A stretch of 64,000 nucleotides of DNA from Clostridia bacterium (lineage in GTDB: Bacteria; Bacillota; Clostridia; TANB77; CAG-508): contig JAFRNM010000007.1 in NCBI GenBank assembly GCA_017430135.1, positions 6,266 to 70,265 on the forward strand. Direction: 5' to 3'. A program made the translations under genes and the position numbers. The notes under the pieces were generated by a model, which worked only from the letters and a program-made list of their open reading frames with translations, had not been told where the DNA came from and did no database searches. Within the stretch, counting starts at the first letter, position 1, and each line of letters begins with the position of its first letter. Positions 62,780 through 64,000 of this stretch are shown here, in pieces.

Positions 62780-62901
62780 CTTTAAAAATAATTGGCAAAT
62801 TTCGGTGTTAAACTGCATTCGAAAATCCTGCAACGTGCAACAAGCACGCCTTGGATTCTTCTCATTTGTTTGCCTAGAAATTTACTCAATTCTTTTTAAA
62901 G
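62780..62901 (+). repeat. family A copy 3
   Basis: CTTTAAAAATAATTGGCAAATTTCGGTGTTAAACTGCATTCGAAAATCC...GCACGCCTTGGATTCTTCTCATTTGTTTGCCTAGAAATTTACTCAATTCTTTTTAAAG. Starts directly after the pilC stop. Confidence 0.85.
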
Positions 62902-62920
62902 TAGTTATAAAAACAGTAAA

Positions 62921-62951
62921 AAACAAATCTCGCTTTGCGGGATTTGTTTTT
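62921..62951 (+). terminator. intrinsic terminator downstream of repeat A3
   Basis: AAACAAATC-loop-GATTTGTTT followed by TT. Confidence 0.55.
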
Positions 62952-62965
62952 GAAAGGAGAGAAAA

Positions 62966-63871
62966 ATGAAAATTGGAATAGACCTTGGTGGAAGCCATGT
63001 AGCTATTGGAGTTGTAGATAACAATGGAGTAATAATTGAGAAAAAGGAAAGAAGAATACTGGCAAAAGAAAAGAAAGATATATGTTCTTTTATTGAAGAA
63101 TATATAGTAGAGAATGTAAATGAAATAATTCAAAAACACAATATATCTTCAATAGGTATTGCTATTCCGGGAACTCTTAACAAAACAACAGTTATAAAAT
63201 CTGTTAATTTAGGCTTAGAAAATTATAATATTGTTGAAAGATTAAAAGAAAAAATATCTTTACCTATAAAAATAAAAAACGATGCAAAATGTGCAGCTCT
63301 TGCTGAAAACAAATTTGGTAGTCTAAAAAATTATAAAAGGTCAGTATTTCTAACACTTGGAACAGGAATAGGCGGAGCAGTTATAATAAACAACCAATTA
63401 CTAGATACAGGCGATTTACCAGGAATGGAAATAGGTCACATGGTTATACATAAAGACGGATTGCCATGTAATTGTGGAAACAAAGGGTGTTTCGAAAAAT
63501 ATGCATCTATGAAGGCACTTAAAAATAATTTAAGAGCAGAGTTAGGGCTAGACGAAACAACAAGAGGACAAGAGTTACTAGATATGATAAGAAATAATAA
63601 TTCATCTAATAAAAGCTATTTAAAAATAGAAAAAATAGTAAATGAATTTATAGAAAACTTAGGAGTAGGAATTGGAAATTTAATAAACCTATTCGAGCCA
63701 GAAGCAATAGTAATTGGCGGAAGTTTTGTATACTTTGAAGATGTTTTATTAGACAGATTAAAAAACATTTTTATTTACAAACCATATATTTTTAATAAAA
63801 GAAATGAAATTATTATTAAACCTGCAATACTTGGAAATGATGCAGGGATAATTGGAGCAAGTTTATTATAA
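62966..63871 (+). CDS. glcK: ROK family glucokinase
   Basis: MKIGIDLGGSHVAIGVV, GTGIGGAVI and the zinc motif GHMVIHKDGLPCNCGNKGCFEKYAS. Confidence 0.8.
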   Translation: MKIGIDLGGSHVAIGVVDNNGVIIEKKERRILAKEKKDICSFIEEYIVENVNEIIQKHNISSIGIAIPGTLNKTTVIKSVNLGLENYNIVERLKEKISLPIKIKNDAKCAALAENKFGSLKNYKRSVFLTLGTGIGGAVIINNQLLDTGDLPGMEIGHMVIHKDGLPCNCGNKGCFEKYASMKALKNNLRAELGLDETTRGQELLDMIRNNNSSNKSYLKIEKIVNEFIENLGVGIGNLINLFEPEAIVIGGSFVYFEDVLLDRLKNIFIYKPYIFNKRNEIIIKPAILGNDAGIIGASLL

Positions 63872-63876
63872 GCAAT

Positions 63877-63978
63877 GAATTTGGAGCCACCTTGAATTTG
63901 GGGACACTCTTAAAAATCAAGGTTTTTGAAAACCTTGATTTTTAAGAGTGTCCCCAAATTCAAGGTGTCTCCAAATTC
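63877..63978. repeat. family D nested palindrome (about 100 bp)
   Basis: GAATTTGGAGCCACCTTGAATTTGGGGACACTCTTAAAAATCAAGGTTTT|GAAAACCTTGATTTTTAAGAGTGTCCCCAAATTCAAGGTGTCTCCAAATTC, followed by a further partial unit AAGAGTGTCC. Confidence 0.85.
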
Positions 63979-64000
63979 AAGAGTGTCCAAAAAAGTTAAC

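Noticed and set aside
62706-63139. ORFs 62706-62969 (+) and 62882-63139 (-) spanning the pilC/glcK spacer
   Set aside because: They overlap the pilC 3' end, family A repeat copy 3, the terminator and the glcK 5' end. They have no RBS.
5614-63978. CRISPR array hypothesis for the recurring repeats
   Set aside because: The copies are kilobases apart, separated by housekeeping genes, and of unequal length and mixed orientation. There are no cas genes and no regular repeat-spacer periodicity.

Overview
Strongly AT-rich chromosome segment from an endospore-forming Firmicute (Clostridia-like). Genes are mostly housekeeping and mostly on the + strand. They include gltX, serS, sigH, thrS and valS (the last two behind T-box leaders), one tRNA-Thr, ychF and a gerA-type germinant-receptor operon. 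Further along are tsaE/tsaB/rimI, mreB, an MtaB-like methylthiotransferase, radA-disA, a cyclophilin, a SecD/SecF-like pair and an unusually long polC. Then come lepA, rlmB, gpr, infC-rpmI-rplT, spoVAC-AD-AE, rsmB, an ~11 kb type IV pilus cluster and a ROK glucokinase. The pilus cluster holds an O-antigen-ligase-like gene, a pilM-pilN fusion, pilO, three pilin-like genes, a prepilin peptidase, pilB, pilT and pilC. The left end looks accessory, with a RhuM/Doc-type Fic protein and a surface protein that joins a pilin-like leader to BspA-type LRRs. I saw no rRNA, CRISPR array, integrase or transposase. The most unusual signal is non-coding. Almost every long intergenic spacer, always just downstream of a stop codon, holds a member of one of several structured repeat families. 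Family B is GC-rich (6-7 copies), family A has 3 copies, and family D consists of GGGACAC palindromes and half-sites (9 or more). Their helices show compensatory base changes, and their outer AT-rich arms are inverted repeats that differ from locus to locus. Two D half-sites form 26-bp inverted repeats that bracket exactly the spoVA operon. I cannot assign these repeats to any named family. Other points: pilin leaders lack Glu+5 and the prepilin peptidase is divergent; gerAA and mtaB each appear frameshifted. There is also a 5-site DnaA-box cluster away from any dnaA, a stand-alone toxin-like small ORF, a tandem OB duplication in PolC and a non-AUG infC start. All functional calls rest on motif recognition by eye, with no database searches.
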